From NCBI GenBank assembly GCA_964482525.1, contig CAYZXV010000001.1, positions 1 to 29,260 of the forward strand: a DNA stretch of 29,260 bases, written 5' to 3'. Position numbers and translations under genes: made by a program. The stretch comes from an uncultured Rhodospirillaceae bacterium. GTDB lineage: Bacteria > Pseudomonadota > Alphaproteobacteria > UBA9219. Shown piece after piece: positions 17,362-27,172 of the stretch (positions are counted from its first letter, which is position 1; each line of letters starts with the position of its first letter). The notes beneath the pieces were generated by a model. It saw only the letters and a program-made list of their open reading frames with translations, did not search any database and was not told where the DNA came from.

Positions 17362-20103
17362 TTACCCAGCAGCCCCGTGACAGTGCTTATATTTTTTTCC
17401 TGATCCACAAGGGCATGGCGCATTGCGTGGCGTAGACCCCCACGTTGAGGCGTCGGTTGGATTGAATTGGTTTTGAACCGGCGTTTGGTGAGGGCGGGTG
17501 ACAAGACGAGGTCCGCCTGCCCCTGCATGTGCCGTTTGTTCGGAAGAAACTTCCTCTGGGGCAAGGCCGTGAAGCTCTCTCATTTCTTGCGCGCGACGGG
17601 CGGCTACATATTCTTCTAACGTTGGCATGCGAAATTCGGCATACATCAACGCCTTGATCACCTTTTCGGCGACATCCTTAAGCATCATCTGGTAAAGCTC
17701 GAAGGCTTCGCGACTGTATTCATTAAAGGGATCGCGTTGGCCGTAACCGCGAAGATGGATACCCTGTCTTAATTGATCGAGGGCGAGGAGGTGGTCCTTC
17801 CACGCGGCATCAAGAATACCAAGAAGGGCTGCCTTTTCTGCTAAAGCCATCCGTTCCAGGCCCAGCGCCGCTGCTTTTCGTGCCATAACATCGTCGGCGG
17901 CGTTAATAATCCTCTCTTCGATTTCTGCCTCAGCGATATCATCGCTTTTTACCCAAGTTTCGATGGGAAGGTCCAGGGCCAAAATGTCTCTGACCCGTTC
18001 TTGCAGGCCTTTAAGGTCCCATTGTTCATGGTAGGAATGGGGTGGGATAGCACGAGAAACCATATCGTGGATGAGCTCACGACGCATTTCACGGATATCC
18101 TCGCTGACCGATGCGGCCGCCATAATATCCTTTCGTTGTTCATAAACAATCTTGCGTTGATCATTCATGACGTTGTCAAATTTAAGCAGGTTCTTTCGGA
18201 TATCAAAATTGCGGGCTTCGACCTTTTGTTGGGCCTTTTCAAGTGCCGTACTGATCCAAGGATGAGCAATTTTTTCCCCACCACGCAGACCAAGTTTTGT
18301 CAGGATGCCTTCCATCCGCTCAGAGCCAAAGATACGCATCAGGTCATCTTCAAGTGAAAGATAGAACATCGACGCGCCGGGATCTCCCTGGCGACCGGAG
18401 CGGCCGCGCAATTGGTTGTCGATACGTCTTGACTCGTGACGCTCTGTGCCAATGACAAACAGGCCTCCCGCTGCTCTGGCTTTCATCGCGTCCGCGGCGA
18501 TATCGGCACGGAGTGCTTCGACGTGTTGGGCGTGTTCGTGGGGATCCGCAATATGAGCCAGTTCTTGTTCGACCCTCATGTCGAGATTACCACCCATTTG
18601 GATGTCGGTGCCCCGGCCAGCCATGTTTGTTGCGATGGTTACCGCGCCGGATCGCCCAGCTTGGGCGATGATCTGGGCCTCTTGTTCATGATAGCGGGCA
18701 TTAAGAACGTTATGCTTAATGCCATTCTTTTTGAACAAGGTCGAAAGCTCTTCAGATTTTTCAATCGACACGGTGCCGACAAGGACAGGTTGTCCTCGGC
18801 TTTGACATTCTTTGATTTTTTTGACAATGGCCTCGTATTTTTCGGCCATAGTACCATAGATTTCGTCTTCCATGTCTTTGCGCGCGGCAGGGACATTGGT
18901 TGGGATTTCGACTGTTTCAAGGTTATAGATTTCTGCAAACTCGGCGGCCTCTGTTAAGGCCGTGCCGGTCATGCCGGCCAGTTTTGGATACAGGCGGAAA
19001 TAGTTCTGGAAAGTGATGGAGGCAAGTGTTTGGTTCTCGCGTTGAATTGCTACACGCTCTTTTGCTTCTAACGCTTGATGAAGACCGTCGGAATAGCGGC
19101 GACCATCCATCATGCGACCAGTAAATTCGTCAATGATGATGACTTTCCCGCCCTTGACGATGTAGTCCACGTCCCGTTGGAACATTTTGTGTGCGCGAAG
19201 AGCCTGATTAACGTGATGGACGACGGCAATGTTTTGGGCATCGTAAAGGCCGCCGCCGGGCGTAAGGAGCCCAGCTTCGCCAAGCCATAATTCTATGCGT
19301 TCGTTGCCAGCCTCAGTAAGGGTGCAGGTTTTGTTCTTTTCGTCCTTTTCGTAGTCAGTGTCTTCCAAACGTGGGATAAGGGCGTCGATTTTCTGATATA
19401 ATTCTGAAGAATCTTCGGCAGGTCCAGAAATGATAAGAGGTGTCCGCGCTTCGTCAATCAAGATGCTGTCGACTTCATCAACGATCGCAAAATTGAAAGG
19501 ACGCTGGCAAAGCTCCTTGGGGTCGAATTTCATATTATCGCGCAGATAATCAAATCCGAACTCGTTGTTCGTCCCGTAAGTAATGTCGGCGTTATAGGCT
19601 GCCTGCCTCTCTTCATCTGACAGGCCATGAACAATACAGCCTACGGTCAGGCCCAGTGCGTTGTAGACACGGCCCATCCATCGGCTGTCGCGTCGCGCCA
19701 GATAGTCGTTGACGGTCACAACATGAACGCCTTTGCCTGAGAGGGCGTTCAGGTAGACCGGAAGCGTTGCCACAAGGGTTTTTCCTTCGCCGGTTTTCAT
19801 TTCGGCGATTTTCCCATCATGAAGGACCATGCCGCCGCGTAATTGGACATCAAAGGGGCGTTGGCCCAAAACGCGTTTAGCAGCCTCTCGCACGGTTGCA
19901 AAAGCTTCGGGAAGAAGGTCGTCCAGGGTTTCTCCTTTTTCGAGCCGCTCGCGAAATTCAGCAGTTTTGTTGCGGAGCTGATCATCCGTCAGCTTGAGAA
20001 AATCAGACTCTAATTCATTGATTCTAATTATAGTTTTGTCTTGAGAGCGGAGAACGCGGTCGTTATAAGAACCAAAAATTTTGCGAAAAAGGGCGGCAAC
20101 CAT
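17362..20103 (-). CDS. secA: Preprotein translocase ATPase SecA
   Basis: [49 protein letters not shown] and C-terminal [18 protein letters not shown]. Confidence 0.99.
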   Translation of the reverse strand: MVAALFRKIFGSYNDRVLRSQDKTIIRINELESDFLKLTDDQLRNKTAEFRERLEKGETLDDLLPEAFATVREAAKRVLGQRPFDVQLRGGMVLHDGKIAEMKTGEGKTLVATLPVYLNALSGKGVHVVTVNDYLARRDSRWMGRVYNALGLTVGCIVHGLSDEERQAAYNADITYGTNNEFGFDYLRDNMKFDPKELCQRPFNFAIVDEVDSILIDEARTPLIISGPAEDSSELYQKIDALIPRLEDTDYEKDEKNKTCTLTEAGNERIELWLGEAGLLTPGGGLYDAQNIAVVHHVNQALRAHKMFQRDVDYIVKGGKVIIIDEFTGRMMDGRRYSDGLHQALEAKERVAIQRENQTLASITFQNYFRLYPKLAGMTGTALTEAAEFAEIYNLETVEIPTNVPAARKDMEDEIYGTMAEKYEAIVKKIKECQSRGQPVLVGTVSIEKSEELSTLFKKNGIKHNVLNARYHEQEAQIIAQAGRSGAVTIATNMAGRGTDIQMGGNLDMRVEQELAHIADPHEHAQHVEALRADIAADAMKARAAGGLFVIGTERHESRRIDNQLRGRSGRQGDPGASMFYLSLEDDLMRIFGSERMEGILTKLGLRGGEKIAHPWISTALEKAQQKVEARNFDIRKNLLKFDNVMNDQRKIVYEQRKDIMAAASVSEDIREMRRELIHDMVSRAIPPHSYHEQWDLKGLQERVRDILALDLPIETWVKSDDIAEAEIEERIINAADDVMARKAAALGLERMALAEKAALLGILDAAWKDHLLALDQLRQGIHLRGYGQRDPFNEYSREAFELYQMMLKDVAEKVIKALMYAEFRMPTLEEYVAARRAQEMRELHGLAPEEVSSEQTAHAGAGGPRLVTRPHQTPVQNQFNPTDASTWGSTPRNAPCPCGSGKKYKHCHGAAG

Positions 20104-20173
20104 CAGGAATCCTCAAATAGTCAGGCGGTTAACGCCCCAACAGCTTGATTATCCGAGGCGCGCGACCCCTTTT

Positions 20174-20202
20174 ATATGGGCCCGCTCCCCTTGAAAAGCA
20201 AG
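20174..20202 (-). promoter_or_regulatory. Candidate alphaproteobacterial sigma70 promoter for secA
   Basis: Minus strand reads CTTGCT-N17-CCATAT, close to the rhizobial consensus CTTGAC-N17-CTATAT; about 70 nt upstream of the secA ATG. Confidence 0.45.
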
Positions 20203-20223
20203 ATGTGAGGGGAAAAAAACGGT

Positions 20224-22401
20224 TTAGGCTGGTTGTGCGGTGCGCATCAGGCGATATGCCGAAAAATCATCCTTTGTCAGTTGGTTAAGGGCATCCATGG
20301 TTCGGCACAAATGGATACCTTTTTCACTGCAAAAGCGATCGTCTTTTATAAGGGCATGAGTCAATTCTTTTCCAAAAAGACCATCGAGGATGGGATACTG
20401 GAATCCATGGGCCCCCGTTCCTGGCCCCCCCCCAGGCCAGAGGTTGGGCGAGTAGAGGCGCATGGTAAAGCGGCGACCTATTTCAGGGAGATACTTTTTC
20501 ACAAGCCATGCGCCGAGTTTCTCTTCTTCGGTGCCTACCCCGCCTGGGAAAAGGGCGAGGGTTGCAGCTGCTGTAATCATTCCAGCTTCACGGTCTTTGA
20601 TATTCGGGTTGATTTCCCAATAATGGCAACCGGAGGGAATGCGTCCTTGGGCAGATTCTGTCTTTAGAATAGTGGGTGTACTTAAGCCGCTAATATGAAA
20701 ACCCCCTCTGTCACGATAGCCAGTAAAAGGTGCCCACATGCCTTTGCCTGGAGAGTCGCCAGCCCCCCAACAGAAATTTGCTCCTTGAGTAGCTAAGAAC
20801 GCGCCGTAGGCCTTTGCTGCTTCGACTAGACATAAATTTCCGTTGCTGGCTGAGATAAAAACAACGCCAGTTGGCCGTGCTGGATCGGCGGGTATGCCGC
20901 CCGTTGTTCGCGTTGTTGGCGTGTCATACGGGGCAATAAAGGGGGAGTAACGTAGGGCGCGAATTTTAAGAAGCTCTTTTGTAGCCTTTCTCATAGCTTT
21001 TGCATTGGCCGTTTCCAAGATGTCCAGATGGGCTGTGCATATGTGCCGGACATTTTCACATAAATCGATGCGGGTTGGTTCCGCAAAGGCTGGGCGAAGG
21101 TGGTCTCCGTGCATCCCTCTGTTGGCCAGATAGGTTAAAACATTTATGATTGGTGTCCAACTCCCATCATTTTGAACTATGATTGGTTTATAGGCTTCGC
21201 GGGCTTCAAGGCTTTTTGATACAATCGCACAGAACAATGTGTAAACTGAGAAATCTCTTGTTTTCTCATCTAAGCCTGTCAAAGGCGGAAAAACCAAGGC
21301 AGCGGTTTCTTCAAGAGATGGGGAGGGGGTTAGTAGATTGTAAACCTGTTCACGCGCAGGAGCGTTTCGGCTGATTGAGTTCCACGTAAAGCCGTCGACA
21401 ATTTTTACAAGAAATGACGGATCCTTTCTTCGAGGCGTGCTTTGGGGATGGACAATATGTCGAGGTAAAGTTAATGGATTCTTTTCGTTTTTGGTTTCGA
21501 GAGTTTTCCAAAGAGATATGAGAGCCTTGCTTCGGACGCTGTCATGCGTAAGGAATTTTTTCCATTTTGCGGCAATCGGAACGCCTGGTTCGTTTGGCGA
21601 AGACAAAAACCACCGTGTGGCATGCATTTTGTTTTCAGGAAGAAAGAGGGGCGAGGATAAATCGTTGCAGGCCAAATGGAGCTCGACCGTTTGATTGACG
21701 ACAGTCAAGGGTGCTTCGGGGGGATCTGAAAGACGTTGAACGGTAAGAACGGCGGTGTCCCAGATTGAAAGGGTCCTTATCCCTAACTCATTCGCGCTTT
21801 CACGGAACAGATCAAAAAGGACACGCCAACCGCCGACCGCTGCGGCAATGGGACCTGTTTCGGCTCCAGGGCCATGCGCGCGCCCCCCATTGTCGGCACG
21901 ATTCAGGATCTCTTGTGCAACAAAGGAGTCAAGTTTCGTCTTTGCCCAGCGCCAAACACCTCGGCTGGTTAATTTGATTTCGCTGTCTTCTGATACAAAA
22001 AGGATTTTTTCGGGATCAAACGCAATATGATGTTCGGCGCATAAATCCTGTAATGCCGTTTTGTATCGTGAATCTTTGCGGCAAAAACCAATGATTTCCT
22101 GCGCTGTTTCGGCTTTTTGTAGGGCGTTCGCCTTCGCGCTCCCTGTGTCTTCTTCTGCTGAATGAACCGCTTGCGCCACACGGTTGATATTCATAATGTG
22201 AAACGGAAGACTTCGCGCGCGCGCTATGGCCTGGTAATGCTCAACTTTCTCCCTTGTGTGTGTAATAAGAAAGACCAGATAGCCCGGAATTTTCCATTGT
22301 CCGTCTTGCCCAATGGTTGATATTGCTTTCCGGCGAGTAGAGGGTATTAGATTATTAAAAGGGCGCATGATTTTGTATGTGTTAACTTTTATGGAAGCCA
22401 A
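20224..22401 (-). CDS. Multidomain protein: Ham1/ITPase-like N-terminal domain, degenerate LOG-like module and C-terminal LOG/SLOG phosphoribohydrolase domain
   Basis: Ham1-like motifs FLITHTREKVEH, EEDTGSAKANALQKA, SEDS, GPG and SVRSKAL; LOG motifs WGAG, IKDRE and FPGGVGTEEE. The start is uncertain (TTG 22401 or ATG 22368). Confidence 0.75.
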   Translation of the reverse strand: MASIKVNTYKIMRPFNNLIPSTRRKAISTIGQDGQWKIPGYLVFLITHTREKVEHYQAIARARSLPFHIMNINRVAQAVHSAEEDTGSAKANALQKAETAQEIIGFCRKDSRYKTALQDLCAEHHIAFDPEKILFVSEDSEIKLTSRGVWRWAKTKLDSFVAQEILNRADNGGRAHGPGAETGPIAAAVGGWRVLFDLFRESANELGIRTLSIWDTAVLTVQRLSDPPEAPLTVVNQTVELHLACNDLSSPLFLPENKMHATRWFLSSPNEPGVPIAAKWKKFLTHDSVRSKALISLWKTLETKNEKNPLTLPRHIVHPQSTPRRKDPSFLVKIVDGFTWNSISRNAPAREQVYNLLTPSPSLEETAALVFPPLTGLDEKTRDFSVYTLFCAIVSKSLEAREAYKPIIVQNDGSWTPIINVLTYLANRGMHGDHLRPAFAEPTRIDLCENVRHICTAHLDILETANAKAMRKATKELLKIRALRYSPFIAPYDTPTTRTTGGIPADPARPTGVVFISASNGNLCLVEAAKAYGAFLATQGANFCWGAGDSPGKGMWAPFTGYRDRGGFHISGLSTPTILKTESAQGRIPSGCHYWEINPNIKDREAGMITAAATLALFPGGVGTEEEKLGAWLVKKYLPEIGRRFTMRLYSPNLWPGGGPGTGAHGFQYPILDGLFGKELTHALIKDDRFCSEKGIHLCRTMDALNQLTKDDFSAYRLMRTAQPA

Positions 22402-22598
22402 TGCCCTTTCTATAGCGGGTTGATTGCCCCAAATTCCAGAGAATTCAGCGTTAAAATGGGGTAGTAAATACTTTCATATGCATTTGATAAGTAATAAAAT
22501 TCCCTGATAACTGATTTTTAAGCCTTTCCGGGCATAAGGAGGATAGACCCTTCCTGCCAAACACCCCCGTGATTCCTTTAATAGTGCGGTTGTCCGCG

Positions 22599-23564
22599 AT
22601 GACAAAACTACAATCTTCCTTCCTGATGTGCATTCTTGCTGGGGCGGCGTTGCCGCTTGTCTTTGTTGCTTCACGAGGCGACGATGGCGCTCTCCTTTGG
22701 GCGGCAGGGATCGGTGGTGTTGTTGGGCTGGGGGGGTACGGGCTAAGCCATTTATTAACGCAAAGCATTGCCAGAGAACAAGAGCAGCAGGTTGCTGATA
22801 CGGTGGCTGGGATGCGCGGCGCATTGCGTACAAAAATGGGAGAACTTCAGAATGGGTTGATGGAAAAAGCAAAGAAATTAGAACGACTTTCTGAAGAGCA
22901 ACAGAAGAAAGCGACCGATGCCGCATCCTCGGCAGCGCAGGCGACTGAGAATTCTACGGTGATTTCAAGTGCGATTGAAGAGATGAACGCGGCAATCCAA
23001 GAAATTGGACGCCAAGCGGATGAGGCTGGAAACGTTGCTGCCAGTGCAGCAGAGAAGACTCGGGAAGCAGATGTAGCAGCCAGCGGCTTGTCTGAAAAAA
23101 GTGATGAGATCTTATCAATTGTAGAGTTGATTCGTTCAATTGCAAGCCGGACCAACCTTCTTGCCCTTAACGCAACGATTGAGGCCGCACGCGCAGGAGA
23201 TCATGGGAAGGGGTTCGCGGTCGTAGCGAATGAGGTAAAGTCGCTTGCCAACCAGACGGCAGAGGCCACGGCGCAAATCGAAAAGCAAATTAATAATGTG
23301 CGCGAAGCGTCTCACAACATGAAAAGCCAGATGTCCGCACTTGAGGAGATCATGGCGCGGATTAATACGACGACCCAGGTAATCAAAAAGGCTTTGTATG
23401 AGGAAAGTTCCGCAACGCAAGAAATTGCGCGGAGTGCGCAGGAAACAAGCAAGGCGACCCAGGCTGTGACGGCAGTCATATCGCATATGCTGGTTACAAC
23501 CGAAGAGATTCGGCATTCTGCGGAAACGATGGCTGGCGCGGCCTCTGTTTCTCTGCAGGATTAG
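22599..23564 (+). CDS. Methyl-accepting chemotaxis protein lacking a periplasmic sensor domain
   Basis: Two TM helices, then the hairpin-tip motif [40 protein letters not shown] 22599 preferred; GTG 22569 is the alternative. Confidence 0.92.
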   Translation: MTKLQSSFLMCILAGAALPLVFVASRGDDGALLWAAGIGGVVGLGGYGLSHLLTQSIAREQEQQVADTVAGMRGALRTKMGELQNGLMEKAKKLERLSEEQQKKATDAASSAAQATENSTVISSAIEEMNAAIQEIGRQADEAGNVAASAAEKTREADVAASGLSEKSDEILSIVELIRSIASRTNLLALNATIEAARAGDHGKGFAVVANEVKSLANQTAEATAQIEKQINNVREASHNMKSQMSALEEIMARINTTTQVIKKALYEESSATQEIARSAQETSKATQAVTAVISHMLVTTEEIRHSAETMAGAASVSLQD

Positions 23565-23658
23565 TCCGAACTTCAGGATCGTCATGTGGGCATTATTCGA
23601 CCCTCACGCATCGGGGTGTTTCCAATCGACCTTCGGATCGACAGAACAATCCGTTAGA

Positions 23659-24558
23659 CTATCCTGCCTTATGCTCTGAACTTTTGGGCCTCAAGGCCTT
23701 CAGATGGGGTAAAAGATAGACATTAAGGCCATATCGTGCCCAAATGGCGACATCTAACAGCCACAAAAGGGGGTGAGGGTAAAACCCCTCGAAATTTTTG
23801 TGGAAATAACGAATAAAACCCTTTGCTTTATTCAATTCAAGAAATTGGTTAGTCGTTTTACTTGTACCGCCCATGTGTGTGACGACAAGGTCTGGGATAA
23901 AGTAGGCCTTACCCCCTTTTCGTGACAGGCGAAGGCAAAGGTCCAGGTCTTCGACATGAAGGAAATAGTCTTCGTCAAACCCACCAAGATGAAGAAAGTC
24001 TTCTTTGATCATGTACATAAAGGCCCCACTGATCGCAGGCATAGGGGTTCGTTCACGAGGGAGTGGCTCTTGGTGATAATTAAGACGCATTTTAGGAAGA
24101 AAGGTACTTAATCCCAGAGCTTCAATAAACGCTGTTTGGGGCGTGAGAAGAGCCCGGCGACAACCTCGTTGATCTTTGCCTTCTCCATCTAAAAGGCGAG
24201 CTCCGAGTATGAAGGGGCGTTTAAGTCCCTTTTCCTGTTTATAGAGGGTCGTAATGGCTTCGGGGGGCAATAGGCTGTCTGGATTGAGAAAAAGAATCCG
24301 ATCGCCCCGAGCCATTCGGGCCCCTAGGTTACAGGCGCGACCAAAGCCGATATTTCCATGTCCGGTAAGATAACGCACGGACGGATCGTCTTTAAACCGC
24401 TCAAGGAAAGCAGTTTCAATTGCCGGGGGATTGCCATTATTGACAAGAATAAGCTCAACTGTAGCCGTTTGGGCCAGAACAGCGGCGATGGCTTTTTCGA
24501 GCACCGGGCCTGTAAAGTAGCTTACCATAATGATGGAAGTTAGTTGCGGCTCAGACAT
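23659..24558 (-). CDS. GT2-family glycosyltransferase (WbbL/rhamnosyltransferase-like by inference)
   Basis: NIGFGRACNLG, FLNPDS, ISGAFM and GGFDEDYFLHVEDLDLCLR motifs; divergent from the rfb operon; AAGGGG upstream of ATG 24558. Confidence 0.9.
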   Translation of the reverse strand: MSEPQLTSIIMVSYFTGPVLEKAIAAVLAQTATVELILVNNGNPPAIETAFLERFKDDPSVRYLTGHGNIGFGRACNLGARMARGDRILFLNPDSLLPPEAITTLYKQEKGLKRPFILGARLLDGEGKDQRGCRRALLTPQTAFIEALGLSTFLPKMRLNYHQEPLPRERTPMPAISGAFMYMIKEDFLHLGGFDEDYFLHVEDLDLCLRLSRKGGKAYFIPDLVVTHMGGTSKTTNQFLELNKAKGFIRYFHKNFEGFYPHPLLWLLDVAIWARYGLNVYLLPHLKALRPKSSEHKAG

Positions 24559-24586
24559 TGACAGCCCCTTTCTTTTCACTTCTACT
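24558..24586 (+). promoter_or_regulatory. Possible sigma70 promoter for the rfbCBDA operon
   Basis: Perfect TTGACA (24558-24563), 17-nt spacer, weak -10 TCTACT. Confidence 0.3.
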
Positions 24587-24631
24587 CAGCTTGGAAAACA
24601 TATCCTATTAACAGAACGCGCTCTCCTGACA

Positions 24632-25195
24632 ATGCTGACTATTGAACCCTGTGCCCTGCCGGACGTCAAGCTTATCAAGCCTAGATTATTTGAGGATGAT
24701 CGAGGGTTCGTTGCCGAATCCGTGAGTGAACGACGCATGGCCGAACATGGGATTTTCGGGCGGTTTGTGCAGGAAAATCTTTCCTTTTCAAAGAAAAGAG
24801 GAACGATTCGCGGGTTGCATTTCCAAAAGCCCCCTGCCGCTCAGGCAAAGCTTATTCGTGTGCTTTCTGGTAAAATCTTTGATGTGGCTGTGGATATACG
24901 CCCTGCCTCGCCAACTTATGGGCGGCATGTTTCTGTGGTGCTGGACGCAGGAAAAGCCGTTAGTCTTTTTTATGTTCCACGTGGGTTTGCGCATGGGTTC
25001 TGTACGTTGACTGATAATGTGATGGTCGAATACAAGGTCGATGCTTATTATGCGCCGGACTGTGAGGGCGGCATCTTATGGAATGATCCCCATCTTAATA
25101 TTGATTGGCCTATAGACGCGACCCGTGTCATTTTGTCCGAGAAGGACAAGACCTTGCCGTCTTTTGCTTGTTTGCCCCCGTTGGAGTGGTTATGA
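24632..25195 (+). CDS. rfbC: dTDP-4-dehydrorhamnose 3,5-epimerase
   Basis: FEDDRGF, FVQENLS, RGLHFQ, QAKLIRV, FDVAVDIR and YVPRGFAHGF motifs. ATG 24632 chosen because the longer ORF overlaps the divergent gene. Confidence 0.96.
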   Translation: MLTIEPCALPDVKLIKPRLFEDDRGFVAESVSERRMAEHGIFGRFVQENLSFSKKRGTIRGLHFQKPPAAQAKLIRVLSGKIFDVAVDIRPASPTYGRHVSVVLDAGKAVSLFYVPRGFAHGFCTLTDNVMVEYKVDAYYAPDCEGGILWNDPHLNIDWPIDATRVILSEKDKTLPSFACLPPLEWL

Positions 25196-26247
25196 AGACA
25201 TTAATTGTTACTGGTGCTGCTGGTTTTATTGGTTCCGCTGTTTGCCGTTATTTACGCCGTGAAAACCTTGCGCGGGTCATTGGTGTTGACAGTATGACTT
25301 ATGCCGCCAGCCGGGAGTCGGTGGGAAATCTTCAAGGCGATCCTGCTTTTTCATTGGTTGAGGCGGATGTGGCGGATGCGGCAGCCATGATGCGGTTGTT
25401 TCGTGAAGAAAAACCAAAGGCTGTAATGCATCTTGCGGCAGAAACGCATGTTGATCGCTCTATCGATTCGCCAAGCGATTTTTTGCGCTCAAACATTGTC
25501 GGGACCTTCTCTTTGCTTGAAACAACGCGCCTATATCTTGCCCAAGAGCCCGGGCAACGAGAGGCGTTTCGCTTTCTGCAGGTCTCGACGGATGAGGTGT
25601 ATGGATCGCTTGGCCCTACCGGGGCCTTCACGGAAGATATGCCCTATGCCCCAAACTCTCCTTACGCAGCAACAAAGGCCTCTTCCGATCATCTTGCGCG
25701 TGCGTGGCATAAAACGTATGGGATACCTGTTGTTATAAGCAACTGCTCTAACAATTATGGACCGCTGCAGTTTCCGGAAAAGTTGATACCATTGTGTATC
25801 ACAAAGGCATTGCGTGGTGAAAAGCTGCCCATTTATGGAACAGGCGCGAATGTTCGTGATTGGCTTTTTGTTGATGATCACGCCCGCGCCCTCTATCTGA
25901 TCTTGGAAAAAGGGCGGCTCGGCGAAAAATATAATGTTGGGGGAGCAAGCGAATTAACAAACATACAGGTGATTCATAAACTATGTGATATCCTGGATGA
26001 ACTGTTGCCTCATTCCCTTTATAAACCACACAAGAATCTGATCACGTTTGTCGCAGATCGTCCAGGCCATGACGAACGTTATGCCATGGATTTTTCAAAA
26101 TTGAAGAAAGAGCTGGGTTGGTCACCGGCGGTTGCTTTTGATCAAGGTCTTCGTGACACCGTAGCTTGGTATTTAAGCAATCAAAATTGGTGTGAGTCTA
26201 TTCGCGCGCGAAAATACGCTGGCGAGCGGCTGGGATATGGGGGATAG
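25192..26247 (+). CDS. rfbB: dTDP-glucose 4,6-dehydratase
   Basis: TGAAGFIGS, HLAAETHVDRSI, VSTDEVYG, YAATKASSDH, SNNYGPLQFPEKLIP and DRPGHD; ATGA overlap with rfbC. Confidence 0.98.
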   Translation: MKTLIVTGAAGFIGSAVCRYLRRENLARVIGVDSMTYAASRESVGNLQGDPAFSLVEADVADAAAMMRLFREEKPKAVMHLAAETHVDRSIDSPSDFLRSNIVGTFSLLETTRLYLAQEPGQREAFRFLQVSTDEVYGSLGPTGAFTEDMPYAPNSPYAATKASSDHLARAWHKTYGIPVVISNCSNNYGPLQFPEKLIPLCITKALRGEKLPIYGTGANVRDWLFVDDHARALYLILEKGRLGEKYNVGGASELTNIQVIHKLCDILDELLPHSLYKPHKNLITFVADRPGHDERYAMDFSKLKKELGWSPAVAFDQGLRDTVAWYLSNQNWCESIRARKYAGERLGYGG

Positions 26248-26251
26248 CGCG

Positions 26252-27172
26252 ATGGAGTCGCAACGAATCCTTTTCTTCGGAGGAGCCGGACAAGTTGGTC
26301 GCACATTTCAGTGTGTGGCCTCTTCTCCGTTCTTTCCAGATGAATGGAATCTCGTTTTTTCTACACGGAATGAATGCGATATAACAAATCCTGCGGCATT
26401 ACGAAATCATATTCACGATATTCACCCCAGACTCATTATTAATGCAGCGGGCCTTACAAGTGTGGATGAGGCGGAGAGAAACCCTGGTGTTGCCGACGCT
26501 GTGAATTTTCACGCAGTAGCAAATATGGCTGCACAATGTTCAAGCCTAGATATTCCTCTGATCCACCTGTCCACAGACTATGTGTTTGATGGAACGCAAG
26601 GGCGACCTTATCGTGAGGATGATTTAATGAACCCTGTCAATAAATATGGGGCAAGCAAAATGATGGGAGAAGAGGCCGTAAGGCATGAGTTGCCTTGGCA
26701 TGTCATTCTTCGTGTTTCTTCGGTTTTTGGTCCGTACCGTGCCAACATTTTTACGAAACTGATCGAGATGATTGATGCTGGGAAACCTCTCCGCATGGTC
26801 ACTGACATTATGAGTGCGCCAACCCCAGCCGTCCATATTGTCGAGGCGATTATTGTAATGGTTCAGGCCTTGTTAAATGGCAAGGCCGATGGGTATGGCA
26901 CTTTTCATCTTTGCGGGGCGCCTGCATGCTCACGGTTTGATTTTGCGAGGGCGGTATTTGATGCGTACGGAAGTTTTGGTGGGGCTCTCCCGTCTTTATC
27001 CCCTGCGTTACAAGCAGACTTCCCGACTGCAGCAGAGAGGCCAGCCTATACCATAATGGCTTGTGATAAATTGGAAAGCGTTTACGGTATAAAACAACGC
27101 GCCTGGTCCCATGGGCTGGCGCATGCGATAGAGGTTCTTCGGAGTGGCAGGGAGGGTGTGCAATGCCCGTGA
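26252..27172 (+). CDS. rfbD: dTDP-4-dehydrorhamnose reductase
   Basis: [27 protein letters not shown] and YGASK motifs; ATG 4 nt after the rfbB stop. Confidence 0.95.
   Translation: MESQRILFFGGAGQVGRTFQCVASSPFFPDEWNLVFSTRNECDITNPAALRNHIHDIHPRLIINAAGLTSVDEAERNPGVADAVNFHAVANMAAQCSSLDIPLIHLSTDYVFDGTQGRPYREDDLMNPVNKYGASKMMGEEAVRHELPWHVILRVSSVFGPYRANIFTKLIEMIDAGKPLRMVTDIMSAPTPAVHIVEAIIVMVQALLNGKADGYGTFHLCGAPACSRFDFARAVFDAYGSFGGALPSLSPALQADFPTAAERPAYTIMACDKLESVYGIKQRAWSHGLAHAIEVLRSGREGVQCP

Noticed and set aside
20187-20212. CCCCT...AGGGG inverted repeat next to an A run as a terminator
   Set aside because: The U-tract would precede rather than follow the hairpin on the minus strand; the segment fits better as the secA promoter.
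23626-23641. C(UUCG)G hairpin between the convergent MCP and GT2 genes
   Set aside because: Short, mismatched stem with no U-tract; not enough to call a terminator or an sRNA.
24530-26251. Longer ORF-track starts for rfbC (24530), rfbB (25105) and rfbD (26192), and similarly 3543 and 8852
   Set aside because: The extensions overlap neighbouring genes or promoters and lack family similarity; downstream ATGs fit better.
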